A stretch of DNA of 64,000 bases from contig OX597827.1 of the NCBI GenBank assembly GCA_951406725.2, forward strand, positions 6,324,001 through 6,388,000, given 5' to 3'. Below are positions 1 to 13,339 of this stretch, piece after piece. The DNA is from Octopus vulgaris. Taxonomy: Eukaryota. The translations under genes were made by a program, and so were the position numbers. The notes beneath the pieces are model-generated. The model had not been told where the DNA came from. It was given only the letters and a program-made list of their open reading frames with translations, and did not search any database. The stretch's first letter is position 1. The number at the start of each line of letters is the position of its first letter.

Positions 1-1059
1 TGATTTCAACTGATAAAAACTAGGGTGTGACTATAAAGCTAAAACAATGAAGGGAAAAATTTTGAACCGAATTTAACCCTACCTTAGGGGTGCAACTTAT
101 AAATGAGTAAATACAATGACAAGGACTCATATAATCGAACTATGTTGGACATTGACACATCATCACTCATGTTTCTTCTCACTGATGATACAATATCCTA
201 TTATATTTTAATGCGAACAATAATGTTTTTAGAATATTTAAATTTGCCTTGAGAGATCCTCTTGTGGAAATGTATGGTGCTTAAAAGCACTCGCATATAT
301 TGTAGCAGATGAGAGTTATTTGGTACCAGTGCTGGAACTGCCAGACCATGAGATTTCAGCATACTCTGCTTCTTCAGTGATAATCATCCAGCACCACGTA
401 ACAGTCACAAAATGTGAGTATGGTACCACTCTTAACACCCAGTGCTTTCATAGTAACCATAGTAAACATGGTAACCCAATGCCTCTATAGTCATTCACCT
501 ATATGAGTTCACAACACTTTCACTGGTTGGGTGCCCTCACCCAGGTTAAGGGCCACTACTCTAAACTGCATTGCAAATAGAAATAAGTTCAGGAACCACT
601 GAGTTAAAATGGAGTATTACTAAACTATTTTTTCATGTCAAGTTGGTGGCAATCAACAAAATGGTATAATATCAGAGCTTGATCAAAAGATATAAAGAAA
701 CGGTTTCTTCTAGAAAATATAGAAGAAATAAACAAACATCAAGGTAAGATATTTAGGAACTAAGCAGTTAGCAAAATGATAGGTTTGACAAGCTAGATGG
801 AAAGCACAGTAAGATTTCAAATGTCACTTGACAAGATGAGAAATATGAGCTGATTTGAATTTCAAAGACGCACGTCATGACAAATCAGGATATCTTTGGA
901 AAGAATCTAATCTGGAAATACTTGTACTCAGGAACCACTGTACTTAAATTGTGTCATTACGGGAAATTTCTGAATGGGAATTATGAATGGAAATATTTGG
1001 AGGCCAACAATATTTTTAGCTAAAGGGGATTATCTGGATGTTTGCACATTCACATTCAT

Positions 1060-1190
1060 CACTGCCGCCACCACCGCCACCACCACCACCACCACCACTA
1101 CCACCACCAGCACCACCACCACTACCACCACCACCACCACCACCACCACCACCACCACTGCTGCCACTGCCACCACTACCACCACCATCA
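1060..1190. repeat. (ACC)n microsatellite
   Basis: Direct reading; explains the poly-T/poly-H ORFs. Confidence 0.95.
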
Positions 1191-1710
1191 TCTTAACATT
1201 CACATTTCCAATCTCGCACGGGTCGGGGAGAGTTTACTGTTGCAAATTCTCTACAGTTGGATGCCCTCCCTGTTGCCAACCTATGCCAGCTTCCAAGCAA
1301 GGTAATATTTTCCCACAGCTAGACATGTTTTTGCAGTATACTGGAAGTTACTGGCACTGTTTATATGAAATAACACTCATTTACAATTATTCACATGATG
1401 TCAAGACAAAGCCACAAACACACATACATACACTCACACACATACACTCACATACACTCACACATACACACATACACTCACACACACATGCATATATACA
1501 AAAATAACAAGATTTAGAAACTGAAGGAATTTCTAAAAAGATATCTGCTGAAAGCATTACAATAGTTAAGATATTGTAATGGCGCAGGAGTGGCTGTGTG
1601 GTAAGTAGCTTGCTTACCAACCACATGGTTCCGGGTTCAGTCCCACTGCGTGACACTTTAATTGATAATTACACTAAATATTACCTACATATATATATAT
1701 ATATATATAT

Positions 1711-2155
1711 GTGACCTTGTGAGTACCGCTAGCGATTTTTTTTCCTCTGTCTTCCCTTCTCGGGATCTTTCCTTCTCCTATGTTTCTGACGAAGAGCTCC
1801 GCTCGAAACGTTAAACCCTCCTTCTTCCCTTCTTTCCTGAGCGTCCAATAATTCTATATTTGTTCCACGTCCTCGTGTTGCTGTGTTTTTTTTGTGTTTT
1901 CTTGTTTGGATTAACTTTATATATATATATATATATATATATACCCATACATGTGTGTGTGTGTGTGTGTGTAGTCAATTCAAATAAATGAATAAAGTTA
2001 ACAGACAACAAGAGGATGTGCACAAGGAATGTGTTGATTTGATGCTTTGTGAAAAGAGAGAGTTTGATGTTTCAAGAATAGTTCTTCATTGGAAAGGGTA
2101 AAGGGAAAAGTCCAAAGAAGGAAAAGAAATCACTAGCAGTACATGAGCAGTTACA
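1711..2155. mobile_element. Inverted pair of Penelope-like terminal fragments (1711-1918 +, ~1975-2155 -)
   Basis: The second copy is a decayed reverse complement of the first, including a decayed hammerhead CCAATGA-A-GAAC..TCTT-GAAA at 2095-2062. Both sit in (TA)n/(TG)n. Confidence 0.55.
1782..1816 (+). ncRNA. Minimal type I hammerhead ribozyme (Penelope-like)
   Basis: GTTT-CTGACGA-A-GAGC tcc GCTC-GAAA-CGT-T-AAAC: intact core, 4-bp stems I and II, palindromic ACGT stem III, GUU site. Confidence 0.7.
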
Positions 2156-2179
2156 TTGCTCTATATATATATATATATA

Positions 2180-2590
2180 CCACCCCTGGACTGGTGGTAC
2201 GTAAAAAGCACTATCCGAATCGTGGCCGATGCCAGTGCCGCCTCGACTGGCTTCCGTGCCGGTGGCATGTAAAAAGCACCATCCGAATCGTGGCCGAAGT
2301 CAGTGCCGCCTCGACTGGCTTCCGGGCCGGTGGCACGTAAAATGCACCAATCCGACCGTGGCTGTTGCCAGCCTCGCCTGGCACCTGCGCGGGTGGCACG
2401 TAAAAAGCACCCACTACACTCACGGAGTGGTTGGCGTTAAGAAGGGCATCCAGCTGTAGAAACATTGCCAGATAAGACTGGAGCCTGGTGCAGCCTTCTG
2501 GCTTCCCAGATCCCCGGTTGAACCGTCCAACCCATGCTAGCATGGAGAACGGACGTTAAACGATGATGATGATGATGATGATGATGATGA
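2180..2590 (+). mobile_element. SINE-like element with internal ~68-bp tandem units and RTE-like (GAT)n tail; copies at 3170-3330, 21470-21950, 41633-41945 (-)
   Basis: GTAAAA(A/T)GCAC recurs at 2201, 2269, 2337, 2400; tail CCCATGCTAGCATGGA..GGACGTTAAACGATGATGAT. Confidence 0.85.
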
Positions 2591-2599
2591 TATATATAT

Positions 2600-3135
2600 C
2601 TGTATATAATCAATAATAATAAAGGATAAAATTAATTAATCAATTAATGATTAATAATTTCACCAAGTAGTATTCGGTATGTTAAAAAGACCATTATCGG
2701 TAAACTTAAACAATATTTAAGGTGGGTAGGTGAGGGAGAATACGGGACCTCATTCGTATGCTTTGAATTCGTCGGTACTGGTCATGGATATAGTTAGTCT
2801 GATGTTACTTGAGTCAGATAGGTATGTTCAGTTTTTTCAGTGCTCTCAAATTTAAAAACCCTGAAATACTGTGCTGAGGAGGAAAATGATTAGAATGGAA
2901 ATGTGATTCTTGCATTTTTCATATCTATCTAATTCCAAAACGCGTCCACAGTTAATCAAATGCCGAGTGAATTTCATTGTTTTTCTTCCCTGCATACATG
3001 AATTGTTTTTGAGTATATATTGTCTGGGAGTTGTTTCTTACAGTAGAAGAAATAGCTAGGTTCTTTGGGTGCTATTTCTAAAGTTTGGTGTGTGGTGAAG
3101 CAAATTTTTTGCCTAAACCTAATTATAATTATACT
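2600..3135 (-). mobile_element. TA-embedded element related to the 58859-59215 element (Penelope-like non-autonomous)
   Basis: 3040-3135 resembles the palindrome arm (TGCTATTTCTAA..GTGG..AGCAA..TTATAATTATA). 2610-2710 resembles 59110-59215 (CATACCGAA..CTACTTGGTGAAATT). Confidence 0.5.
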
Positions 3136-4797
3136 CATAATTATAATAACTATTGTATATATATATGTACTACACTCGCAGAGTGGTTGGCGTTAGGAAG
3201 GGCATCCAGCTGTAGAAACACTGCTAGATCAGACTGGAGCCTGGTGCAGCCCCTGGCTACCCACACCCCGGTCGAACCGTCCAACCCGTGCTAGCGCGGA
3301 AAACGGACGTTAAACGATGATGATGATGATATATATATATATATTCTCTAATTCTTTTCCTCTCCCCTTCACCGTTCTCTCTCTGTCCTTCTCTCTTCCT
3401 AACTCTTCTTCCTATACTCTCTCGTTGCTCACATGTGACCATCAAGCATCTTTCTTTTCCTAACTTGAGTTTCTTTCTTTCCTTTTGATCAGCTACAGAG
3501 ATAAGATGCATTCTTTTCTGTCTCCTGTCAAAGCTTGTTCCTCCACTGTTCACCAACTCACCTTGTTATGGCTTAGCAGCCCTTACTGTTTGTTTTCCCT
3601 GTCCTATTTTTGTTACCAGCTTTGACCCTCTGTAAATCCCAAATTTTAATTAATTTGCTTTGTGGGGGCAACTGTTTTGATGAAGGCACATCTTGTCGTA
3701 ATTGCTCGAAATGCAGACTAGATAAAACAGCTGACAACTTGCTACTTGTTTTGTTTACCATTTGTTTCTTTCATTGTTCACAAGAAAAGTTTGTATTCTA
3801 TGTTGTCATATTTCGTATTTCATATTATTAAAGTACCTGTCAAATACCATAGTCAATAGCTTCAACTAAACAACTTTCCTCAAAATTGCAGTTTTTGCCC
3901 TTAACTCAGCTAACAATTATTGTTACTATTATTGTAGATGAGAGAGAAAGAGAATGTGAAATAGGGGGAGGAAGAAAGAAAGAAAGAACGAAAGAAAGAA
4001 AGAATATTACAAAGAACCTAAAATCTGCAGGCATTAAAGTCATAGAACACCTATTACTTACCCTGTCATTATTAAAACAATTATGTTTATTATTAAGGGT
4101 TTTGAGTTCAAATCCACAGAAGGTATTTTGTAGAGTTTCAAGCAAGGAATATTAATGCCATATTGTCTAACTTCCTCTTGCTTTTGGGGTTAGTTTTAAG
4201 ATGTAGTTCTTGGGCTTGAAACTAGATCAAAGATGCCTTGTTGTACATAAGGCAGCCTAACACAACAATGAGCACGACGATGATGATGATCATAATAATA
4301 ATAATAATAATAATAAAATGTTGCTTTTTTTATTTGCCACTAAGTAGATGAAGGGATATTGCAAGAATAATAATTTCAATATCAATAAGAGTAGCAATTA
4401 TAATGATAAATGTATCTTTATGTATATAACAATAAACAGAATTTATTTACATATTTACACCGAAATGTGTTTGTGTACGTGTGTATGCATATGTATATAA
4501 ATATATGTATATATAAATATATATATATCTTTGCATATATATATATGTGTGTCTGTATGTATGCATGCCATGTATGTGTGTCTGTATGTATGCATTCCAT
4601 GTATGTGTGTCTGTATGTATGCATGTTTATGTGTATATGTATCTAAATATCTATTTGTATTTTTGTTTATGTTTGTCTATTTACCTGCCTACCTATCTAT
4701 CTACCTATCTACATGTCTACCAACCTATTTATCTACCTACCTATCTATTTATTTGTCTACCTATCTATCTACTTATCTATCTGTCTATCTATCTATC

Positions 4798-4866
<69 letters not shown>

Positions 4867-5872
4867 GTCTATCTATTTATCTATATATCTTTATAAATAT
4901 ATAAATATACATGTATATATTTATGTGTGTATATGTGTGTGTGTGTGCATGTATGTATGTATATCTATATACATATTACATGCACACATATATGTTTGAA
5001 TTGTATAAAGTTGAATTGGTATACGTATGTATGAATGTGTGTTCATGTGTGTTCATGTGTGTACATATTCATGTGTGCAAATGAATGGATGCATCTTTAT
5101 GTATGGATTTTATGTCTGTATTTATATGTATTAAAGTATATGCAATAAGGCATCTAAGTATTAATGCTCATATATGTGTGAATTAATGTGTGTGTGAGTA
5201 TTAGAATATATAGGCTTATGATATAGGATTTCAGAAGCTGTGTTTTTATTTGTATTTTATTTTATTACCTTCAGAAAAGATTTAATATTTTATCATCAAT
5301 AAACACACTTATGCCAACCAACAATATAATGATGCCTCGAAGGCACGGAGAACCAAAATTCCTTTTTTTAAAAATGAAGCCAGCAATCACCATTTGAACA
5401 GGACAGTATGTTTTGTGGAAACAGCAATAAATTGTTAGCTTGCTTATTGAGTTCCACAATCATAAAACACCAAAAGAATAAACGAAAGGCTTCTTGGTAT
5501 TGTTGCTAAAATGTCGGTTAGCATTCCTTGCTGAAAGATAAATGGTTTCAAAATGGTTAGAAAGTAGAGGATAATTCTATAACTGTACTTGAGTAATTGA
5601 CTGATTCGTCAGTCATTTTTTTTTTGCCTTTTTCATTTTCCTTTTTTATTATTTTTTTTTTCCGTTATTGATATATTGAAGAAAGCATGATAACATGACT
5701 TAGAGAGAAACTATTGTGATTATCATCACTCGGAAAGAGTGTACGCACATTATTACATTTAGTGCAATCAAACATAAATAAATATACACATACCTATGTA
5801 TGTATATATATATATGCATATATGTGTATATATCTGTATATATATATATATCTATATATTTATATCTATCTA

Positions 5873-6047
<175 letters not shown>

Positions 6048-6077
6048 TCATACATAAAAACCTATATATGTATATGC

Positions 6078-6110
<33 letters not shown>

Positions 6111-7622
6111 TACGCGACACACGCACACACATGTGCATGTATATAAATATATGTATATGTATGTTTGTAGGTATCTATATTTATGTATGTGTGTGTGGGT
6201 GTAAATAAAAACAGAGAAGAAAACGTTACAGGAAGAAAGAAAGAACAAAGAGAAAAACAAACCCTTTAAACTGTTCTACATCGTAATCTAGAAGAGGTTT
6301 AGCTTACCTTTTATTTTATTTGTGTATTGTCTCATATTCATTCTAATCTTAACAAGCAACACTAAATACACAAGAAGTAAACTGAAAGAGAAAAGAAAGA
6401 AGAGAGAGATAGGGAGGGAAAGAGAGTAAGAAAGGAGGAAGGGTAAAAGGAGATGGGGAAAGATGTTAGGAAATATCCAAGAACAGAAGCGATTAACAAA
6501 ATAGTGTGTTATCCCATAATTAGCCAGAGTATGGTCGGTGCGGTAGTGAAGGGGTTGTGTGAAATAATGACTGTTATTTCAGGAGGAAGAAAGAAGAAAG
6601 AACTGGAAGAACTAAGAATATTAATAAGCTCCATCTTACATTGTCTAAAATAATATACAAATAAAAAAGAGAGAAAAAAAGAAAAAAAAGAAAAAAAGAA
6701 AACCCAGAGAAAGATAGAAGAAGACAAGCAAAGTTGCGGTGCCACAGAAATGTACATTGTTAAACAGAGACAGGAAAAAGAAAGAAGAAAAAAAAGATAA
6801 AAGCAAGAAAAAGTTACAACGAAAGAAAAGACACGAGAATGCGGGTCACACATTTTAGTGCAAGTTGCACATCATTTGTGATCTGATGCAGCAATCGACT
6901 TTGGTGCTGCTTTACAACATCAATGTGAAGAAGTGTATTTTTATTATGCGTCCATTTCCTCTGCAAGTGGGATATTACCATTATTATTATAGACATAAAG
7001 GAGGTGAATTCTTCAGAAATGGTGATCAGCTTTCAAATACATGTAAGCTCTTGGATTTGAAGAAACTACGAAATGAAGGAAGGGATTGAAGTTACAGCTA
7101 AAATATGACATTAGAAAATAATAAATTCTTTACACCTATTCAAAGAATCTCTCTTTTCAGCAGTGATGTTTGAAAGGTATCAATGAAAAGATCTTTAACG
7201 TGAAGGTTCCATGCTGGTTACTATAATTGTACAGCATTTATGTATCAGCATGAATAATAGCTGGCTTCAGTCTTCAATGAGTAAAAGTAAATGTCAACGT
7301 AGTCATCTTGGGTGTTGAAAAAAAATATATATCAGAACGTACAGGTGTTCGTCCATTATTTTAATCCAGCGTATTGTGGATTCCTTATTTTTATTTTTAT
7401 TTTTTGTTTTTTTGTTTGTTTTTTTTTGTTTTTTAATGGAAATGGCTTTTAACACTTTTGTTCTATAATAATTGAAATACATAAAGAGGTTCCTACATGG
7501 AATGTATTAACTTTTTCCAGATTCCTGCAATGCATAAAATGACATTTTTTTTCCTATTGTTTTCGGTTTCTCTATTTTTTTATGGATGTGCTTAGAATGA
7601 ACGTAATTGTTTTGATAATGTT

Positions 7623-7699
<77 letters not shown>

Positions 7700-7902
7700 C
7701 ACACACAGACAGACAGACAGAGACAGAGAAAGACAGAGACAAGGAGACAGTATGCATTTATTGACTTTATCATCTTCAGAATATCTATGCTCTTCTTTAC
7801 ATTTTCCATGGTCTTCTCCCTCTAATTCTCTTTCTCAACTTCCATCTGTGTTTATCTGTTTATCTATACATATACCTGTCTTTTTAGCTAGCCATGTATT
7901 TC

Positions 7903-7945
<43 letters not shown>

Positions 7946-7990
7946 GTCTGTCTGTCTGCCTGTCTATCTATCTATCCATTTGTCTGCCTG

Positions 7991-8043
<53 letters not shown>

Positions 8044-8050
8044 TTATCTA

Positions 8051-8086
<36 letters not shown>

Positions 8087-8092
8087 TTTATC

Positions 8093-8128
<36 letters not shown>

Positions 8129-8199
8129 TTCAAAAATAAATTAACTTTATTTCTGACACGGCTCTATTTAATCAACCTACTCCAAATAGATTGTGTCAG

Positions 8200-9646
8200 A
8201 TAAAAGATAAAGCATTTTACAGGATTCTTCATTTCTGGCAGAAATTGAATAAATGTGTTCACTCCTTTAGGTTACTAAATCACATACATTTGAAATGATG
8301 ATAAAAAAAGACCCAGCATCGAAATAAAGATTTTTGAAAATTCTGAAGACTATATCATATCCAATACAGAAGTGAGAGAAATGACAGCCAATGGGCTACA
8401 AGTTGAAATTCAAATTTTGGCATTTTGTAAAGTTTCAGGAGTGTATGAGAGACTTTCTGGAATAGCTGTTTTGGTGCTGCCTGTTTGGCATTGTTGATTT
8501 GATACTGATTTATTTGGAATCGTAGGGGTCAGAAAACATGGGTAAATTACCTCAAGTGGGGTAGAAATGAAAGTTTTAGAGGTAATGAGGATTCATTAGA
8601 CGTAAGGAAAATTATATAAAAAAAAATGTGTTCCTAGTTACGACAAAAATTTTACTTCTGGCATGAAGAGGCAGTCAAAATGGTTCTGCCTTTTGCAACA
8701 ACCTACCTTTGCAAACAAAGATTTATCCAACCCAATGGACATAAAAACAAAGCAGTATAATGGATTGGATCCTGAAGACTGTATCCAAATTGCTCCCTAT
8801 CATCAAAATGCTCCAATTTTGAAGTAATCATAACAAAAAGGAAACGACATTATTTCTCCAAAACCTGAAGTGAAAAGGTTTCTAGAAAAATATTATTGGG
8901 TTGTCCAGAAAGATTGTGCTGATTTATACTAGCTTACATTTTGACTTATTTTAGAACATGGTTGAGTCCATGAAATAGGATTTCACTACACCTCCATTTA
9001 GAGCACAGTTTAAGCTATCTTTTCGTGGAAGAAGATTTATGTTCCTATAACCTGTGTTAATTCTGTAACCCTTTACAATGGAAGATAAGAAAGATCATTT
9101 TCAGCACTTGATGCTTTGGGAACCAGACAAAAATTGCTGCAGCTTGGCTGGGATATGTTACCCCACCCTCCATATTCACCAGATATTGCTCCTTTGGATT
9201 TCCACTTATTCAGGTCTCTGCAGAAAAGTCTTAATGGTAAAAATTTCAATTCCTTGGATGACGTAAAAAGATACCTTGATGAATTCTTTGCCCAGAAACC
9301 ACCTCAGTTCTGGAAAGATGGTATTTTCAAGTTAAAGGAAAGATGGAGACGCATTGTGCAACAAAATGGTTTATATTTGGTTGATTAAAAATGTAATGGC
9401 AGGTATTTATTGACCTTTTTCTTTCCTTTAAAAATCGGCACGAACTTTCCGGACAACTCAATAATTTATTTTATTGCATTTGTTTTACATTTTTTATATT
9501 TGTATTTGTATTCTCAATATAAATAGATTCAATAAAACTTTTGAATTCGAAGAACCTATGATGTTTTCCTTTCATATCAAGGGGGTAATGTTGGCATAAA
9601 TTAATAAATTTTGGGGTAATTGGTTTTAAAAATTTCTCAACACCTG
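8200..9646 (+). mobile_element. hAT (Charlie/Buster-like) remnant interrupted by the mariner
   Basis: 8662-8800 translates, with a frameshift, to EEAVKMVLPFATTYLCKQRF..MDIKTKQYNGLDPEDCIQIA, the hAT dimerisation motif. Left boundary uncertain. Confidence 0.7.
8896..9461 (+). mobile_element. Internally deleted mariner transposon
   Basis: Imperfect TIRs TTGGGTTGTCCAGAAAG.../...CTTTCCGGACAACTCAA flanked by TA. N-terminal MEDKKDHFQHLML abuts C-terminal LPHPPYSPDIAPLDFHLFRSLQ...KLKERWRRIVQQNGLY. Confidence 0.92.
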
Positions 9647-9758
9647 TTTTAACCCTTTAGCATTCAGATTTCTCTGTCAAATGTAATACTTATTTATTCA
9701 TATTGTTTTGAATTAATCATGCCCTATATTCTAGCAAAGAGATTGCAATGATATGATT

Positions 9759-10146
9759 GAATGGTTGTATACTGTCAATCTAACGTGAAAGTGACAGTAG
9801 GGGGTTACACCACCGTTGTTTAGCCCTAGGAAGCATCGACGCCTCCTGATTGCTTCGACACATTTTTCCTGTGTCCTTATATACATTTACGAAGGGGAGA
9901 CAAACACCCCCAGCAGCCAGGCCTGCATCTAGAGACACGCATGTTTCAGGATCATTGTCCTTCGTCGGTCTAGAGTAGCAGACGCCCGCCAGCCATTGAT
10001 ATCTGTCCCGATTCGCAAATGTATCTATTTCAGTGAAGTTTATTCACTGATTACCAAAATCAGAAATATTAAATTTCTAAATCTCTCATAGCGATATGTA
10101 CGGTGGTGGGGCGATAGAATGGTTGTATACTGTCAATCTAACGTGA
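9759..10146 (-). mobile_element. 358-bp hammerhead-bearing retrozyme/Penelope-like unit with 30-bp terminal redundancy
   Basis: GAATGGTTGTATACTGTCAATCTAACGTGA occurs at 9759-9788 and 10117-10146. Flanking TGATATGATTG/TGATCTGATTG looks like a TSD. The unit interrupts a MITE whose empty site is seen in the copy at ~19106-19332. Confidence 0.7.
9928..9974 (-). ncRNA. Type I hammerhead ribozyme (U4C core variant, GUC site)
   Basis: TCTAGA-CCGACGA-AGGA caatga TCCT-GAAA-CATGCGTG-TC-TCTAGA. Stems I and II pair fully, stem III is near-palindromic, and stem I extends (GTCTGC/GCAGGC) beyond an internal loop. Confidence 0.75.
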
Positions 10147-10402
10147 TCTGATTGTTTGTTTTTAAAATGACATTGTTGGAAAGAGGTGAGAGTCTATATC
10201 TGGTCAGTTTGAACATTAAACAGGTAGAATATTTGGTCTAGATATGGCCTGTTTAAATGTTAAATGGTTAATCTTACTCTCAACTGAATGTTTCTCTCTC
10301 TCTCTCTCCCCTCTGTTTCTTTCTCTGCGTTTAAGTGTGTGGGTATGCTTCTCTTTTTATATTTGAGGAGAGGGAATTGTGTTCAATTAATAAATTGTAA
10401 TG

Positions 10403-10441
<39 letters not shown>

Positions 10442-10959
10442 ATATGTAAGAGCATCTAGCTATGGTTGAATGTGAAATGCCCCCTCTCTCTCTTTCTTCA
10501 TTTCTCTCCTCCTTTCTCTCTCTATCTCTCTCACTCTCCCACTCTCTCCATCTCTTTTCCCGCTCTCTTTCTCTCCTCCTCTCTCTCTAAATCTCTATTT
10601 TTTTCCCTCTCTCTTTCTACCCCTCTTTCTAATATGTATATATTTCTGCATGTATGTGCATGTGTGCATGTGTGTGTGTGTGCGTGGGAGGGAGGGGAGG
10701 GGGTATGTGTACGTGTGTGCACATGGGTTTCCTTCCAGAACAAAAATTGCTTTATTGACAAAACAGGTTGAATGTCCAGTCAGCCAAATCGTCAGTATCC
10801 AAATAGCCACATTGAATTGTCTCATTCAATTCCAGGAAGAGACATTTAATTCTTCAGCAAGGTTTTCATATCAGGTTTCAGGATTTTCTAGACAAGTTGC
10901 TAGCAATAAATAAGCTTCTTAAGAAAAAGATTGATCTCTCATTTTCCTTTTCCTTTTCC

Positions 10960-11450
10960 TTTTTCCTTTTTATTTACTGAGCAGTGTCAAGAATCTTTGC
11001 AAGCTCTCTTAGACTGGTGAGATTTATGCCATTAACGTTACTCTGGGACATTTGTAAGTCAATACTTGAAGAAATTCCAGAATGCTGATGTTCTCGGAAG
11101 GAAGGGCTCAGTGTAGTAGGGTCTGGTGGATTTTTACAAAACAAAATTAATGATAGGAAGAATTATTAGTAGGACGGGGATGCTTGAATGTCTGTGGCAT
11201 GAACTCAACCAGCTCTGAAGAGCAGAGGCCATTATAGTAGTACAAATGTAGAGAAAGAAGGCAGCATACTTGTGGGCCAGAGGTTGGAGCATTCTGGGAG
11301 TGACTTGGTTCTAATCAATCAGGTGACTCTTTTCAGGGAACAATCTAAGATAACTATGCGTACAGTGGCTAATCTGTATCAGATATGAGGGTAATCACTG
11401 TAGGCCTCACTTGAGCTTTGCTTAATATTGCTGAAAGTGGAGATAAATAT
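10960..11450 (-). mobile_element. Decayed LINE ORF2 3' fragment (CR1/jockey group)
   Basis: Reverse-strand motifs KAQVRPT, LQPLAH...YYNGLCSSELVEFMP, LPRTSAFWN. Confidence 0.6.
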
Positions 11451-11584
11451 CAGCCCTACAGGTGTCATGATCTGTTCCCTACCCCCATCTCCTTAGCCTC
11501 TAACATGGTGGGTAGAGACCTTTTTAAAATTGTTGACCATGTAAACTATCTCACCTGATACCCTCTTCCTTCTGTTCTAGCAAA

Positions 11585-11767
11585 GTCCTGTTCTGATCTG
11601 AATATAAACACCATTTTGTGACAGAAGAATTCTTTTCTGGTTTGGACTAAAACACTAGTTTGTGACAGAAAAGTTCTGCTCTGGTCTGACTGTAAACACT
11701 AATTTACAATAGAAAATGTCTTGTTCTAAATCTGATCATAAACATCAATTTGTGACAGAAAGATACT
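11585..11767. repeat. Degenerate ~43-bp minisatellite, about 4 units
   Basis: Recurring TTCTG.TCTGA...AAACAC.A.TTTGTGACAGAA. Confidence 0.65.
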
Positions 11768-12000
11768 TATTTCTTTATTACCCTCAAGGGGCTAAACACA
11801 GAGGGGACAAACAAGGATAGACATAGGTATTAAATCGATTACATCGACCCCAGTGCGTAACTGGTGCTTAATTTATCGACCCCGAAAGGATGAAAGGCAA
11901 AGTCGACCTCGGTGGAATTTGAACTCACAACGTAACGCCGACGAAATACCGCTAAGCATTTCGCCTGGCGTGCTAATGTTTCTGCCAGCTCGCCGCCTTT
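11768..12000 (-). mobile_element. tRNA-derived SINE with Meta-like domain, full length
   Basis: GGCGGCGAGCTGGCAGAA head, GCCTTTCATCCTTTCGGGGTCGATAAA core, exact 15-bp TSD TGACAGAAAGATACT (11753-11767, 12001-12015). Other copies at ~19888-20080, 47147-47379, 48835-49012. Confidence 0.9.
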
Positions 12001-12398
12001 TGACAGAAAGATACTGTTGTCAATATGCCTGTTTCTCTGCTTTGTCTCAAATTGGCGTTTATGATGTCTAATAGCACTTTTATGTTTTGAAGAATATATC
12101 TGGTCACTTATTGAACTATCTGGACAATTGATCAATTGATCAAATATTGAACATTATAGATTTATACATATGAAATAAAAATAACATCATGAGACAAACT
12201 AGTAGAATCGTCAAAATATCACATGAAATGTCAGGCAGTATTTTTTTCTGGATCTCTGGTCTTAGGGTTCAACTCCCGCTGTGCTTAACTTTGCCTTTCA
12301 TCCTTCTGAGGTCAATAAATAAAGTTTTAGTCAAGTACTAAGAGTACAATTCTTTTCACTCACTTTCGCTCTTTTTTCCCTCTTTCTTTCTCTCCTCC

Positions 12399-12433
<35 letters not shown>

Positions 12434-13339
12434 CTTGCTCCTATTTGAAACAGAAAAGTAACACCACCCCACTACCACCTTCACTACCTCCACTACCGTC
12501 ACTCTCAACACTACATCCACAACTGTCATCACCACCTCACCCATCAACATCATGAACATTGTAACTGCCACCACCACCACCACCACCACCATTATCATCA
12601 CCATCCCCTTTCCCCACATCTTCATCCTCATCAAGATTAAGGCATTAATGTTTTTCATGTAGGCACATACGCTTGAGTGAACCAGTAACATCTTTTTGGT
12701 GCATATATTTCTGATAATTGTGGCCTTAAAACTGATTGCAGTTCCTTATATAAAGTGTAATAACCAAGACGTTTTTCTTAATAACCCAATTAAGTCTACT
12801 TTCCTGAATTATAGATGGATGCTGACAACTCATTGCTACTTTATGTGAAATTACTTTAAAATCCTTAGATTAAGCTAATGGATTTTCTTACTTTTTTTTT
12901 TGTTTTTGTTTTTGCTCTAAAAAGAAGACATCTACATCTTCGTGAATGTTAAGCCATTGAAATAACCTATCATTGCAGTATTTCCTCATTATATTAAGGA
13001 AACATTATCATACACTCTGCTCCTAAATGTGAACATCACACGAAACTGTCAGCTGCCTCTAAATGGTCATGGTTGCTCAAGTTGCTAGAAATAGTTGTCA
13101 AATCTCTCTCAAACTACACACCATTATTTTTTTATTTTAGGAAAAGACACATTTGATAATATAGACCTGAATTCCATGCACTTAGGGTGAAGATGGAAGG
13201 GTCATAGCTGGAATGCTTTTAATCATAGATCTGCTTGATCAAGGATAGGTCAGAGCTAAACAGCAATTCAACTAGGACCAGAGCTGTGAACAGGAACTTT
13301 GACAAGACTAGTTGTGTTTGATGGTGGTGCCACATCCTA

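Larger units (their letters stand above)
9649..10271. mobile_element. TTAA-flanked piggyBac-type MITE (host of the 358-bp unit); relatives at ~19106-19332 and ~55560-55787
   Basis: TTAA-CCCTTTAGCATT...AATGTTAAATGG-TTAA ends; three related copies in the window. Confidence 0.7.

Noticed and set aside
660-860. Tc1-like LIKRYKET fragment
   Set aside because: Too short and decayed to support a call.
2190-2410. CRISPR-like regularly spaced repeats
   Set aside because: The spacers are themselves near-identical; internal VNTR of a eukaryotic SINE; no cas genes.
5275-5400. Plus-strand acceptor with a 40-codon frame
   Set aside because: No recognisable protein similarity or partner exons.
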